64,000 nt of DNA from Thermoproteota archaeon (GTDB lineage Archaea; Korarchaeota; Korarchaeia; Korarchaeales; JAOZGB01). Below the pieces are notes generated by a model that saw nothing but the letters and a program-made list of their open reading frames with translations, ran no database searches and had not been told where the DNA came from. The translations under genes and the position numbers were made by a program. Shown piece after piece: positions 38,490-48,424 of the stretch. Where the stretch lies: contig JAVCBU010000006.1 of NCBI GenBank assembly GCA_037917685.1, positions 256,001 through 320,000 on the forward strand, written 5' to 3'. Each line of letters begins with the position of its first letter. Position 1 is the stretch's first letter.

Positions 38490-40427
38490 ATGCTTCAAAT
38501 AGCAGAAGATAATGTGGGTAAGAGAGTCCTCCTAATGGGTAACCAGGCCATCGCCAGGGGAGCCATAGAGGCAGGGGTTCAACTTGTAACTGGGTACCCT
38601 GGGACTCCCGCCTCTGAAATCATAGAAACACTTTCAATGTCTGCAATAGACGCACATATAGAGTGGGCTGCAAATGAGAAAGTGGCATTTGATGTAGCTG
38701 TTGGAGGCGCGATAGTTGGAGCAAGAAGCATGTGCTGCATGAAAAACGCAGGCCTAAATTGGATTGTAGACATGCTCATGACCATAGTCTACGGGGGGGT
38801 TAGAGGCGGCCTATCTATAGTTGTTGCTGACGACCCAGGTGCACATTATTCTAGTAATGAGCAGGACACAAGATTCATGGCATACTATGCCAGGATACCA
38901 TGCTTAGAGCCCTCAAACCAACAGGAGGCGAAAGATCTAACTAAACTATCATTTGAAATATCTGAGAAGTTGGAACTACCAGTCATGGTAAGGTCAGTCA
39001 CAAGGCTAAGTCACTCAAGCGGTGACGTAACATACGGAGTGATCAGAAAGGAAAGGAACAGAGTTGTATTCGATAAACACTGGAAGATACCCTACAGATG
39101 GAATGTCTACGGCCCACCGGGCCCAGTTTCAAAGCATAGATGGCTTATAGAAAGAATGAAACCGGTGGAGGAGATCATAATGTCAATAGGAGAGCCGTAC
39201 AACAAACTTTCGCTTGAAGGCGACGGTAAGCTTGGAGTAGTAGCCTCAGGAATAGCCCATGGCTATGCTGTAGAAGCGCTTAGCTCCCTAGGTCTTAAAG
39301 TAGACTATCTCAAGATTTCAATACCTTATCCAGCACCCAGAAGCCTTCTTACAGAGATAATGAGGAGAAACGAGAAAGTTGTCTTTATAGAGGAAGGAGA
39401 ACCCGTTGTGGAGAACCAGGCAAGAATCATTGCTCAATCCGAAAGGATAGACTGTGAAATCCTAGGTAAAGGCGTAAACAAGGTTCTACCAGAGTATGGC
39501 GAGCTCACCCATGAGAATGTTAGAGTCGCTCTTGCATCCGCTTCAGGTATTAAATATGAGACTACCCGTCCTCCTGCAGGCAAACTCGAGGGAATGGTCG
39601 CCCCAAGATCATCTACACTGTGTGCTGGATGTCCACATCTAGGTATGTATTGGGCCCTCAAGCTAGCATTAGCAAAGAAAGGCGGGAAAGTCCCAATAAT
39701 AAACGGGGACATAGGCTGTTACGAGCAAGGTGGATATGGAATAGCTGCTAAGGAGGTTAAACCAAGCTTTTCCAATGAATCGGTTAAGTACAGGGTTGAG
39801 TCCCCCTATGAGATGCTTGACACCAATTACATAATGGGGGGAGGATTCGGCCTGGCCCAAGGCCAATACCAAGCAGGATACAGGGATGGGGTCATAGTGG
39901 GCCTAGCAGGTGACTCTACATTTTTCCACGCATGTTTGCCAGCGGTTGTAACAGCTGCGCTAAACAAGGCGAATGTTCTGTTCTTAGTCCTAGACAATAG
40001 GTGGACCGCTATGACTGGGCACCAGCCAAGCCCTACAACAGGAATAGATGCTCGCGGCGTGGAAACAATAAAATTAGATATTGAAAGGGTAGCAAAGTCG
40101 CTGGGCATAAAATATGTTTCGAAAGCAGACCCGTGGAATCTTAAGGAGATTCAGAAGGCCATAGAGGAAGCTGTGGAGCGTGAAGGACCGAAAATGGTTA
40201 TATCAGAGCGTGTCTGCACGCTTCAGGCCATAAGACAGAAAAAGCTTAAACCTAAAGCACTAAAAGTGTACGAGGAAAAATGTACAGGATGTAAGTTGTG
40301 TGTGCAGCTTGGATGTCCAGCTGTAACCTTCAATACAAAAACAAAGAAGGCTGGAATAGATCCAATACTATGCGTTGGATGTTACATGTGTGCCCAAATA
40401 TGTCCTGTAAATGCCATAGGTGATTAA
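38490..40427 (+). CDS. iorA: Indolepyruvate-type 2-oxoacid:ferredoxin oxidoreductase alpha subunit
   Basis: GNQAIARGA, GYPGTPASE, ANEKVA, DDPG...NEQD, LCAGCPH, GDIGCY, GDSTFFH, AMTGHQP; C-terminal 2x[4Fe-4S]. Confidence 0.92.
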   Translation: MLQIAEDNVGKRVLLMGNQAIARGAIEAGVQLVTGYPGTPASEIIETLSMSAIDAHIEWAANEKVAFDVAVGGAIVGARSMCCMKNAGLNWIVDMLMTIVYGGVRGGLSIVVADDPGAHYSSNEQDTRFMAYYARIPCLEPSNQQEAKDLTKLSFEISEKLELPVMVRSVTRLSHSSGDVTYGVIRKERNRVVFDKHWKIPYRWNVYGPPGPVSKHRWLIERMKPVEEIIMSIGEPYNKLSLEGDGKLGVVASGIAHGYAVEALSSLGLKVDYLKISIPYPAPRSLLTEIMRRNEKVVFIEEGEPVVENQARIIAQSERIDCEILGKGVNKVLPEYGELTHENVRVALASASGIKYETTRPPAGKLEGMVAPRSSTLCAGCPHLGMYWALKLALAKKGGKVPIINGDIGCYEQGGYGIAAKEVKPSFSNESVKYRVESPYEMLDTNYIMGGGFGLAQGQYQAGYRDGVIVGLAGDSTFFHACLPAVVTAALNKANVLFLVLDNRWTAMTGHQPSPTTGIDARGVETIKLDIERVAKSLGIKYVSKADPWNLKEIQKAIEEAVEREGPKMVISERVCTLQAIRQKKLKPKALKVYEEKCTGCKLCVQLGCPAVTFNTKTKKAGIDPILCVGCYMCAQICPVNAIGD

Positions 40428-41037
40428 GATGGTAGTGGAAAACATTCAGGTAATTGTTGCTGGTGTCGGAGGCCAAGGGAGCGTTCTGATATCCCATGTG
40501 ATAGCAGAAGCCGCCATAAGAGAAGGATACTCTGTTAGGGTAGGCGAAAAATTTGGTGCAGCCATGAGGGGTGGAGCTGTTTCGAGTCACGTTCGTATAG
40601 CTAAGGGGGAAATGGCACCCGTAATTCCACTTGGGGAAGCCGACGCCATAATGGCATTAGAACCCCTGGAAGGCCTTAGAGCCATGGTTAAATACCTTAA
40701 GAAAGGCGGTGTTGTAGTCTTAAATACAACTCCCCTATACCCAATAGACGTGAATGTCGGCAGAGCTGAGTATCCAGAAGTCTCAAAGATAATAAATGAA
40801 GCAAAGAGTCTCGGCTTCAAGGTGTACCATCTTGATGCTACATCTCTTGCCATCCAGGCAGGGACAGCTAGAGCCATGAACTCGGTAATGCTAGGGGCTC
40901 TATACGCGACAGGAATACTACCAATAAAAAAGGAAACGCTAATAGAAACGCTTAAGGATTATGTTCCTAAAGGAACAGAGCACGTCAACGAAAAAGCCTT
41001 CAATCTAGGCTTAAAAGCCCTCGGAGGATCTAAATGA
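40420..41037 (+). CDS. iorB: IOR beta subunit
   Basis: AGVGGQG, RGGAVSSHVRI, LEPLEGLR and NSVMLGA. Confidence 0.9.
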   Translation: MIKMVVENIQVIVAGVGGQGSVLISHVIAEAAIREGYSVRVGEKFGAAMRGGAVSSHVRIAKGEMAPVIPLGEADAIMALEPLEGLRAMVKYLKKGGVVVLNTTPLYPIDVNVGRAEYPEVSKIINEAKSLGFKVYHLDATSLAIQAGTARAMNSVMLGALYATGILPIKKETLIETLKDYVPKGTEHVNEKAFNLGLKALGGSK

Positions 41038-42311
41038 ACTATGTTGAAAAACTTGTATGTAGATGGTGTGGTAAAGAGTATAGATTCGAAGATGGACCAT
41101 TAACCTGTAGAACGGAGGAATGTCTCGGTAGATTAGAGGTCCACTACGACTATGAGAAAATAAGTGAAAAACTCACCAGGAAAGTGATAGAAGATAGAAG
41201 GGGAAGAGGATTCATAAGATACATAGAGTTGATGCCCCTCGAATCCAATGGACCCATCATAACCCTTTACGAAGGGGCAACACCCCTGATACACGCGAAA
41301 AAACTAGGTGAAAGGATAGGGTTAAGAAATCTCTACCTAAAAGATGAGTCTAGGAATCCTACAGGATCGTTTAAAGATAGACCGATATCAGTAGGGGCGA
41401 ACCGTGGCTTGCAGCTTGGATATAAAGTCACAGTAACAGCATCAAGCGGAAATGCCGCGGCAAGCCTAGCAGCGCACTCGGCAAGAATGAGTATGGCATG
41501 TGTAGCATTTGTACCCGAACATGTATCCCCGGGTAAAGCATCCCAACTCCAACAATATGGGGCAAGGGTTATCCGAGTAAGCGGGCTGGAAAAAGGCGTA
41601 GATCCAACTGTTAAGATGATGAAAACAGCATACGAAAAATACAAGTGGTATCCCTGTCCAAGCTTCGGGCCCTTCAATCCTTACCAGTCAGAGGGAACAA
41701 AAACTATGGCTTATGAGACGGCAGAACAGCTTGGATGGCATGCTCCAGACTGGGTATTTCTACAAGTAGGAGGTGGAGGCTTACTTTTGGGCAACTGGAA
41801 AGGCTATCTAGAGCTGGAACGGCTAGGATTAACGGATAAGATCCCTCGGATAGTTGCCGTCCAGTCAATAGGTTGCATGCCAGTGGTAAGGGCGTACAAG
41901 CAGAAAATGCATCCTCACAGGATAAAGCCATGGGAAAAACCAGACACCATTGCAAGCGGTATAGAGGATCCCTACCCGTGGGACGGAGACTCTGTGCTTG
42001 AAGCGATACAGAAATCTAATGGTACAGCCGTGGAAGTGACAGATAGAGAGATAATCGAAACGTGCAAGACCCTAGCTAAGACTGAAGGGATATTTACAAC
42101 CCCGACAGGAGGGGCAGGCCTCGCTGGAATAGTAAAACTAGCTAGAGAGGGATATATAGATAAAGACGAGGTGGTTTTCGCAGCCATAACTGAGACCGGG
42201 TTGAAAGAGCCTGAAATATTCTACAAAGAGATGGGAATGCCACCTTTGATAGAGCCCAGATTGGAAATACTTGAAGACATGATCTCCAGAGGAAATTTTT
42301 TCACTAAATAG
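41034..42311 (+). CDS. Threonine synthase-like PLP enzyme (fold type II)
   Basis: N-terminal Zn knuckle, EGATPL, NPTGSFKDR, ASSGNAAAS and EGTKT. Confidence 0.82.
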   Translation: MNYVEKLVCRWCGKEYRFEDGPLTCRTEECLGRLEVHYDYEKISEKLTRKVIEDRRGRGFIRYIELMPLESNGPIITLYEGATPLIHAKKLGERIGLRNLYLKDESRNPTGSFKDRPISVGANRGLQLGYKVTVTASSGNAAASLAAHSARMSMACVAFVPEHVSPGKASQLQQYGARVIRVSGLEKGVDPTVKMMKTAYEKYKWYPCPSFGPFNPYQSEGTKTMAYETAEQLGWHAPDWVFLQVGGGGLLLGNWKGYLELERLGLTDKIPRIVAVQSIGCMPVVRAYKQKMHPHRIKPWEKPDTIASGIEDPYPWDGDSVLEAIQKSNGTAVEVTDREIIETCKTLAKTEGIFTTPTGGAGLAGIVKLAREGYIDKDEVVFAAITETGLKEPEIFYKEMGMPPLIEPRLEILEDMISRGNFFTK

Positions 42312-42339
42312 AACACGTAGGAGAAACAGGTGCTAAGAT

Positions 42340-43386
42340 ATGGAGGTTGGAATCCTCAGAGGCCGGGATTACATATCTACCCAGGAATGGAGCATAGACG
42401 AGCTTAAGAAGGTATTAGATCTAGCATTCGACCTTAAAGATAAGCAGAAGAGGCGAGTACCTCACAGGTACTTAGATGGGAAAACATTGTTTCTAATGTT
42501 CTATAATCCAAGTCTGAGGACGAGGAACAGCTTTCAGACTGGAATGTTCCAGCTTGGAGGGCAAGCGATAGACCTTTCACCAAAAGCAGTGTACAAGCCT
42601 GCCCTTGCGGGGGAGGAAATCCCCTATACGACAGAAAGAATCTCAGATGTGGCAAGGGTGTTAAGCAGATATGGGGATGGAATAGCCATAAGGATCTACG
42701 GAGAAGCTGTAAACTGGATCTACGGCAAGGGAAACCTTATAGTTAGAGAGTTTGCCCATTGGGCAGACAAGCCGGTAATAAACATGGAAGATGACATCTA
42801 CCACCCGTGCCAGGCGATGGCGGATCTCATGACAGTCATGGAGTACAAAGGGAGACTTGAAGGTCGGAAGATAGTTGTTAGCTGGGCCTATTCCGGCGGG
42901 GTAAAACCGGTTGCCGTACCGCAGAGCGCAATTCTAATATTTACAAGGTTCGGAGGCGACGTTGTACTTGCCCACCCCAAGGGTCTTGAACTGGATCCCA
43001 AAATAGTTGAACAGGCTAAGAAGAACACTGAAGAGAGTGGTGGGAGCTTTGAAATAAAATACGACATGGATGAAGCATTCGAAGGAGCGGACGTCGTCTA
43101 CCCAAAATCATGGGGCTCCTTAAAATTCATGCCGCCAAACGTACCAAAAGTTGACAAGGAAGGAATGATAAGCCTCATGAACAAATACAGAGACTGGATC
43201 ACAACCCAGGAGAAACTTGACAAATGTAGCAGAAACGTCATTTACATGCATTGCCTACCAGCCGATAGGGGGATGGAAGTTACCGACGATGTAATCGATG
43301 GACCTCACTCAGTAGTCTTCGACGAGGCAGAAAACAGGCTTCACGTCCAAAAAGCAATAATGGCCTTGATAATGGGAGGAGAGTAG
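42340..43386 (+). CDS. Carbamoyltransferase, OTC superfamily (ArgF'/YgeW-like), paralog 1
   Basis: SLRTRNSF, HPCQAMAD, PKSW, HCLP and EAENRLH; lacks the canonical OTC DxxxSMG loop. Confidence 0.88.
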   Translation: MEVGILRGRDYISTQEWSIDELKKVLDLAFDLKDKQKRRVPHRYLDGKTLFLMFYNPSLRTRNSFQTGMFQLGGQAIDLSPKAVYKPALAGEEIPYTTERISDVARVLSRYGDGIAIRIYGEAVNWIYGKGNLIVREFAHWADKPVINMEDDIYHPCQAMADLMTVMEYKGRLEGRKIVVSWAYSGGVKPVAVPQSAILIFTRFGGDVVLAHPKGLELDPKIVEQAKKNTEESGGSFEIKYDMDEAFEGADVVYPKSWGSLKFMPPNVPKVDKEGMISLMNKYRDWITTQEKLDKCSRNVIYMHCLPADRGMEVTDDVIDGPHSVVFDEAENRLHVQKAIMALIMGGE

Positions 43387-43452
43387 TACATACTCACGTG
43401 AACATCGATTCTACTCCCAACCTTTTATTATTTCACATCCTTCACTTATAGG

Positions 43453-44292
43453 ATGAAACCGGCAATAGGTATAATAGGGGGCAGTGGACTTTACAAGCTA
43501 CTCGAACACATGACACCCCGCAAGGTTGAGACTCCTTATGGAATTGTAAAAGTTTTTACAGGTACAATCGGCGAAACAGATATAGTTTTCCTCCCAAGAC
43601 ATGGGGAAGAACATACTGTTCCACCCTCAAAAATAAATTATAGAGGTAATATCTACGCGTTGGCAAAGCTTGGTGTTAAAAGAATTATTGCCACCAACGC
43701 CGTAGGCTCGTTAAATCCCAACATGCCCCCGGGCTGTTTAGCTCTACCCCACGACTTTATAGACTTTACCAAAAATAGAAATTATAGCTTCTTTGATGGA
43801 AAATCAAACTATAAGGTTGGAAATGTAGAAATATGGGGGGTAGCTCATGTTTCCATGACCCCACATCCCTACTGTCCAGAGCTAAGAGACGCTCTCATGA
43901 AAGCCATGTCAAAGGTCGGAGTTAAATGTTTTGCCAAGCAAGCCGTCTATGTATGTACTGAGGGAAACAGGTTTGAAACAGCAGCAGAGATCAAAGCGTT
44001 TAGGATTCTCGGCGGTGACCTAGTAGGGATGACGGGTGTTCCAGAGGTAGTACTTGCAAGGGAACTTGCACTTTGCTACGCAACCATATGTCTTGTAACC
44101 AATTTTGCAGCCGGAATAATTAGTGGAGCAAGGCTAACCCATGAAGAAGTTAAGGAGATTTTCGATAAAAATATAGAGACCGTCAGAAAAGTAATCAAGG
44201 TCGCAGCAGGAATAATACCTGAAAAGAGGAGCTGCACCTGCGGCAAGGCTTTAGAAGGAGCATATACAACCTTAAAGAAGCCTCAAAGCTAA
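43453..44292 (+). CDS. mtnP: Methylthioadenosine/purine nucleoside phosphorylase (MTAP family)
   Basis: IGIIGGSG, LPRHG, NAVGSL, EGNRFETAAE, VGMTGVPE and VTNFAAG. Confidence 0.9.
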   Translation: MKPAIGIIGGSGLYKLLEHMTPRKVETPYGIVKVFTGTIGETDIVFLPRHGEEHTVPPSKINYRGNIYALAKLGVKRIIATNAVGSLNPNMPPGCLALPHDFIDFTKNRNYSFFDGKSNYKVGNVEIWGVAHVSMTPHPYCPELRDALMKAMSKVGVKCFAKQAVYVCTEGNRFETAAEIKAFRILGGDLVGMTGVPEVVLARELALCYATICLVTNFAAGIISGARLTHEEVKEIFDKNIETVRKVIKVAAGIIPEKRSCTCGKALEGAYTTLKKPQS

Positions 44293-45219
44293 ATCCTTAA
44301 ACCCCTGCTTGTCGAGAAACATGGACAGGAGATCCTTGTCAGGTATTCCTGCCCATCCCCCTATCTTCCTAATTTTAAGGGATGCCATCGCATTGCCAAG
44401 AATACAGCACTCTTCAATACTTAATCCTCTTAGTATCCCATATGTAAAGGCTGACGCAAAGGCGTCTCCAGCACCAGTAGTATCAATCGGCTCCGTTTTA
44501 AAAGCGCTTACTTCCCATGCATCGTCCCCGTCAGATGCTATTACACCTTGTTCTCCAAGCTTTACACAGACTATGGCATTTAATTTTTTGGCTAGCTTCA
44601 TAACAGTTTCCACATTAGGCTTACATTTACAGAGCCTTCCAAACTCCACAGAGTTAAGGTATAGTAAATCTACATTCTCTAATAGCTTGAGGGCCGACCG
44701 ATGGCTTAATGCCTTCAAACCTGGATCCATACTTAACAGACTATCCGTCTGTGTCCTGTAACTACATGCAGACTCAAACAAGTTTAGCCCTATACTTGAG
44801 AGGTGGTATATTAGAGCCCTCCCTACAATTCTAGAGTCTACCTCAATTCTTTCCAGGAAACTATTTGCCCCTCTATAGGAGTAAAGAGCGTGAGCCCCAT
44901 CCATAGAATTTATGGAGATGGCCCTGCCGGTATTAAACCCCTCGGCTACCCTGACCATGGAAACATCTATTCCCTCTCTCTTCATTTCATTGAGTATCCA
45001 CCTCCCATACTCATCATCCCCTATAAAACCAGCAAATGAAACATCTACGCCAAGTCTTGCTAGTCCAACTGAATAGTTAGACGCGCTTCCTCCAGGCATC
45101 TGGTATAACTCTATTATTTCAGCTTTCTCATCCACCCCGGCAAAACGGTCGACAAGAAGTATAAAGTCTAAGTTAATATTTCCAATAGCTACTACTTCAG
45201 CCATGTTATTCAACCGCAT
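44272..45219 (-). CDS. PfkB/ribokinase family kinase
   Basis: PGGSASN, IGDDEYG, NSVE and DTTGAGDAF. Confidence 0.9.
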   Translation of the reverse strand: MRLNNMAEVVAIGNINLDFILLVDRFAGVDEKAEIIELYQMPGGSASNYSVGLARLGVDVSFAGFIGDDEYGRWILNEMKREGIDVSMVRVAEGFNTGRAISINSMDGAHALYSYRGANSFLERIEVDSRIVGRALIYHLSSIGLNLFESACSYRTQTDSLLSMDPGLKALSHRSALKLLENVDLLYLNSVEFGRLCKCKPNVETVMKLAKKLNAIVCVKLGEQGVIASDGDDAWEVSAFKTEPIDTTGAGDAFASAFTYGILRGLSIEECCILGNAMASLKIRKIGGWAGIPDKDLLSMFLDKQGFKDLALRLL

Positions 45220-45234
45220 CCATCATATTTCATC

Positions 45235-46998
45235 TCACGGATTATCCTCTATTATCGGGTTCACAATCCTACTTTCTAGGACGTTCACGAGTCCCTTTAC
45301 TGTAATCTTAAGTTTAGGTATCACTGGCAAGCATAGAAAGCTTAAGGTCATGAGCGGCTCTCTCAGTCTCGTCCCAAGCATTTCAGCAGCCTCCTTGATA
45401 CTCTCAATCTGCGTTATAACTTCATCTGCCGGCCTATCGGAGACTATCCCTGCTATCGGGAGGGGCATTTTAGCTTTTACCTCCCCCTCTACCACAACAC
45501 ATATCCCGCCCCCCATCTTGTGCACTTCATTAACAGCGTGAGCTATTTCTACATCTTCGACTCCTACTACCACAATATTGTGGCTATCATGAGAAACAGT
45601 TGATGCTATGGCTCCGTGTTCTATACCAAAACCCTTTACGAAGCCAAGTCCAATTTCTCCTGTCCCTTTATGTCTTTCGATGACAGCAATTCTAACAATA
45701 TCTCTTTCAAGATCAGGCTGTATGACGCCATCTACTACATGCAGTTTTTCATGATATGCCTCGGTATAAATGGAGCCATCTATAGCACCTATAACCCTGA
45801 CTCTAACTTCACCATCTACACTGTATCTTAGTTGAAAATCTTCTGGAAACACCATCCTCTTAAGTCTAACAGTATTTATAGCGTACTCAGGGTATTCCAT
45901 TCCTTCAACTTTAGCTACCAGTTTCCCATTGTTTACCACGAGTTCTCCATTGAAAAATACCTTCTCAACTTCTACCTTTTCCAGACTACTCAGGAGGACA
46001 ATGTCAGCGTACTTTCCAGGCGCTATCGCCCCCAAGTCTTTAGAAAGCCCAAATCTTTCAGCAATGTTAATCGTAGCCATCTGAACCGCCTTAACAGGAT
46101 CTAAACCCATTTCAATGGCAATTCTAATTATGTCATCCATATGTCCCTCCTTCTTTAGCTCCTCAATGTTTCTGTCATCTGTCACAAAGACGCATTTTCG
46201 AGTGTCAAGCTTCCTCTCAATTATTGGTTTTAATAAGACTCTGAGATCCTTGGTAAGCGATCCCTCTCTTATCATAAGATAAAATCCTTGTCTAATCCTT
46301 TCCACAGCCTCCTCAGGAGTTGTTGCCTCATGGTCTGAGTCTATACCTGCACATCTATAGGCACATAGCCTACCACCAAGTAGGCCGGGTGCATGCCCGT
46401 CAATAACTCCCCCCATCCTTTCAACAGCCATGATCTTATCCAAGACTTCTTTTTTCCGGTTGATTACTCCAGGGAAATCCATGACTTCCGCGAGGCCTAC
46501 CACAGAGTTGTCTAGCAATAGTTCCATAATGTCCTTTGGACCTATCTCAGCCCCTGATGCATCTAAACCCTTGACTGCCGGGACACATGATGGTACAAGG
46601 ATGAAAAGTCTAAGGGGTATCCTCTTTCCCTCCTCTATGAAAAGTCTAATACCCTTTACACCCAGCACATTTGCTATTTCATGAGGATCAGCAAATATAG
46701 CAGTTGTCCCATGTGGTAGAACCGCCTTGCAATACTCTGAAGGTCTAACATAGCTACTCTCAATATGTAGATGCCCATCCATAAAACCTGGTGTTGCATA
46801 TAACCCTTCAGCATAGATCTCTCTAGTAGCCTTATAGCCATCAAGGTCTCCCACGCATGCGATTCTCCCTCTAAATACCCCTATTGAAGCCTTATATATC
46901 TCGCCAGAATAGACATTAACTAGCTTAACGTTTCTTATAATCACATCTAAAGGCACCGTACCTAAAGCTGAAGCTATCAAGTCATTCATTATATACAC
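45235..46998 (-). CDS. ade: Adenine deaminase
   Basis: DGHLHIESS, DPHEIANV, DGHAP, SDHE, REGS, TDD, IERH and HDSHN. Confidence 0.95.
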   Translation of the reverse strand: MYIMNDLIASALGTVPLDVIIRNVKLVNVYSGEIYKASIGVFRGRIACVGDLDGYKATREIYAEGLYATPGFMDGHLHIESSYVRPSEYCKAVLPHGTTAIFADPHEIANVLGVKGIRLFIEEGKRIPLRLFILVPSCVPAVKGLDASGAEIGPKDIMELLLDNSVVGLAEVMDFPGVINRKKEVLDKIMAVERMGGVIDGHAPGLLGGRLCAYRCAGIDSDHEATTPEEAVERIRQGFYLMIREGSLTKDLRVLLKPIIERKLDTRKCVFVTDDRNIEELKKEGHMDDIIRIAIEMGLDPVKAVQMATINIAERFGLSKDLGAIAPGKYADIVLLSSLEKVEVEKVFFNGELVVNNGKLVAKVEGMEYPEYAINTVRLKRMVFPEDFQLRYSVDGEVRVRVIGAIDGSIYTEAYHEKLHVVDGVIQPDLERDIVRIAVIERHKGTGEIGLGFVKGFGIEHGAIASTVSHDSHNIVVVGVEDVEIAHAVNEVHKMGGGICVVVEGEVKAKMPLPIAGIVSDRPADEVITQIESIKEAAEMLGTRLREPLMTLSFLCLPVIPKLKITVKGLVNVLESRIVNPIIEDNP

Positions 46999-47001
46999 CT
47001 T

Positions 47002-48351
47002 CTAACTTTCACTCTGGAGAGAGGATAGATGACTTAAAGCTTTTATAGCCCTCTCAGGAGTTGGAAAGACAGGTATGCCATATTTTCTAAACTTCTCCAG
47101 CTCCTTTGCCTGAACATCTCCTCCACCCAGGAAAACAGGGATTACTATCCTGTCATATCTGTCTATAACTTCCTTCGTAATCTCTGCTGCTCCAACTATA
47201 GGATCGCCAAATATAAATATGTACATTCCAAAGCCATCCTTAACAGTCGCTTCAACAACTGTTTTATATTGCTCAGCCATGGCGCTGCCAGTAAGATCTA
47301 AGGGATTCCCTATGATGCAGTATGATGGAAGAGCCTGCCTAAGCCTTTCCATAGACTCCTCTGATAAAACGGCTTGTTTTAAACCAGCTTCCTCCAACAT
47401 GTCGGCTGCAAGAATCCCAGCTCCACCAGAACTAGTAACTATGAGTATCTGGTTATTTACGAGGGATTTGTAATACGAGAGAAGTTTAGCCGTATCATAG
47501 AACTCTTCAAGGGACTCGACACTCACAGCTCCACATTGCTTTAATGCAGCTTCAAAAACTACGCTTGAACCAGCCAGCGCTCCTGTATGGCTTGAAACAG
47601 CTTTGGCGCCCCATTCCGTCCGCCCAGACTTCAAAATGACAACAGGCTTACTCATAACGCATCTCCTTAATGCTTCCATAAACCTCCTACCATCTTTTGT
47701 GCCTTCCAGGTATAATGCTACAACCTTCGTCTCATCATCTGAGGCTAGGTAGCTAAGCATGTCAATCTCATCCACATCAGCCTTGTTCCCAAGAGCTACG
47801 AATTTACTTAACCCTATACCATCTTCTTCAAGCATCATTTCCATAAAAGCCCCAACTGTACCACTCTGAGAGACAACAGCGACGCAGCCCTTGGTTTTTA
47901 TTAGAGGCCAGCTTGCACACAGGCCAATGTGTGGGTTATTTACCCCTTGGCAGTTAGGACCAACCATTCTCATCCCGCTTTCCCTAACTACGCTGACAAG
48001 CTCTTCCTCCAAGGTTTTACCTTCCTCTCCGGACTCTCTAAATCCCCCTGAAATTACCACTACACCCTTAACACCCTTTTCAGCAGCTTCTCTGATCGAG
48101 CCTGGGATGAACCTTGCGGGAATAACATACACTGCAAGGTCGACTTCCCCAGGAATTTCGCCTATAGACTTGTACACCTTTAGTCCAAGTATTTCGCCGC
48201 CTTTAGGGTTAACTGGATATATTTCTCCCCTGAACCCTGCACTTAAAATATTTCTAAGTATTACATATCCAAGCTTTCTTTCGTCAGCAGAGGCTCCTAT
48301 AACTGCTACGGATCTAGGGTTAAATATAGCCTCCAAGCCCACCATAATCAT
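47002..48351 (-). CDS. ADP-forming acyl-CoA synthetase alpha subunit
   Basis: FNPRSVAVIGAS, GPNCQG, SQSG, GNKAD, SHTGALAG and NPLDLTG. Confidence 0.9.
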   Translation of the reverse strand: MIMVGLEAIFNPRSVAVIGASADERKLGYVILRNILSAGFRGEIYPVNPKGGEILGLKVYKSIGEIPGEVDLAVYVIPARFIPGSIREAAEKGVKGVVVISGGFRESGEEGKTLEEELVSVVRESGMRMVGPNCQGVNNPHIGLCASWPLIKTKGCVAVVSQSGTVGAFMEMMLEEDGIGLSKFVALGNKADVDEIDMLSYLASDDETKVVALYLEGTKDGRRFMEALRRCVMSKPVVILKSGRTEWGAKAVSSHTGALAGSSVVFEAALKQCGAVSVESLEEFYDTAKLLSYYKSLVNNQILIVTSSGGAGILAADMLEEAGLKQAVLSEESMERLRQALPSYCIIGNPLDLTGSAMAEQYKTVVEATVKDGFGMYIFIFGDPIVGAAEITKEVIDRYDRIVIPVFLGGGDVQAKELEKFRKYGIPVFPTPERAIKALSHLSSLQSES

Positions 48352-48424
48352 CGCCTTAACAATACTAACGGATTGTTTAGATTTTTAATATAATGAGTAG
48401 TATCAGGATGGGAGGTGCCTAAGC

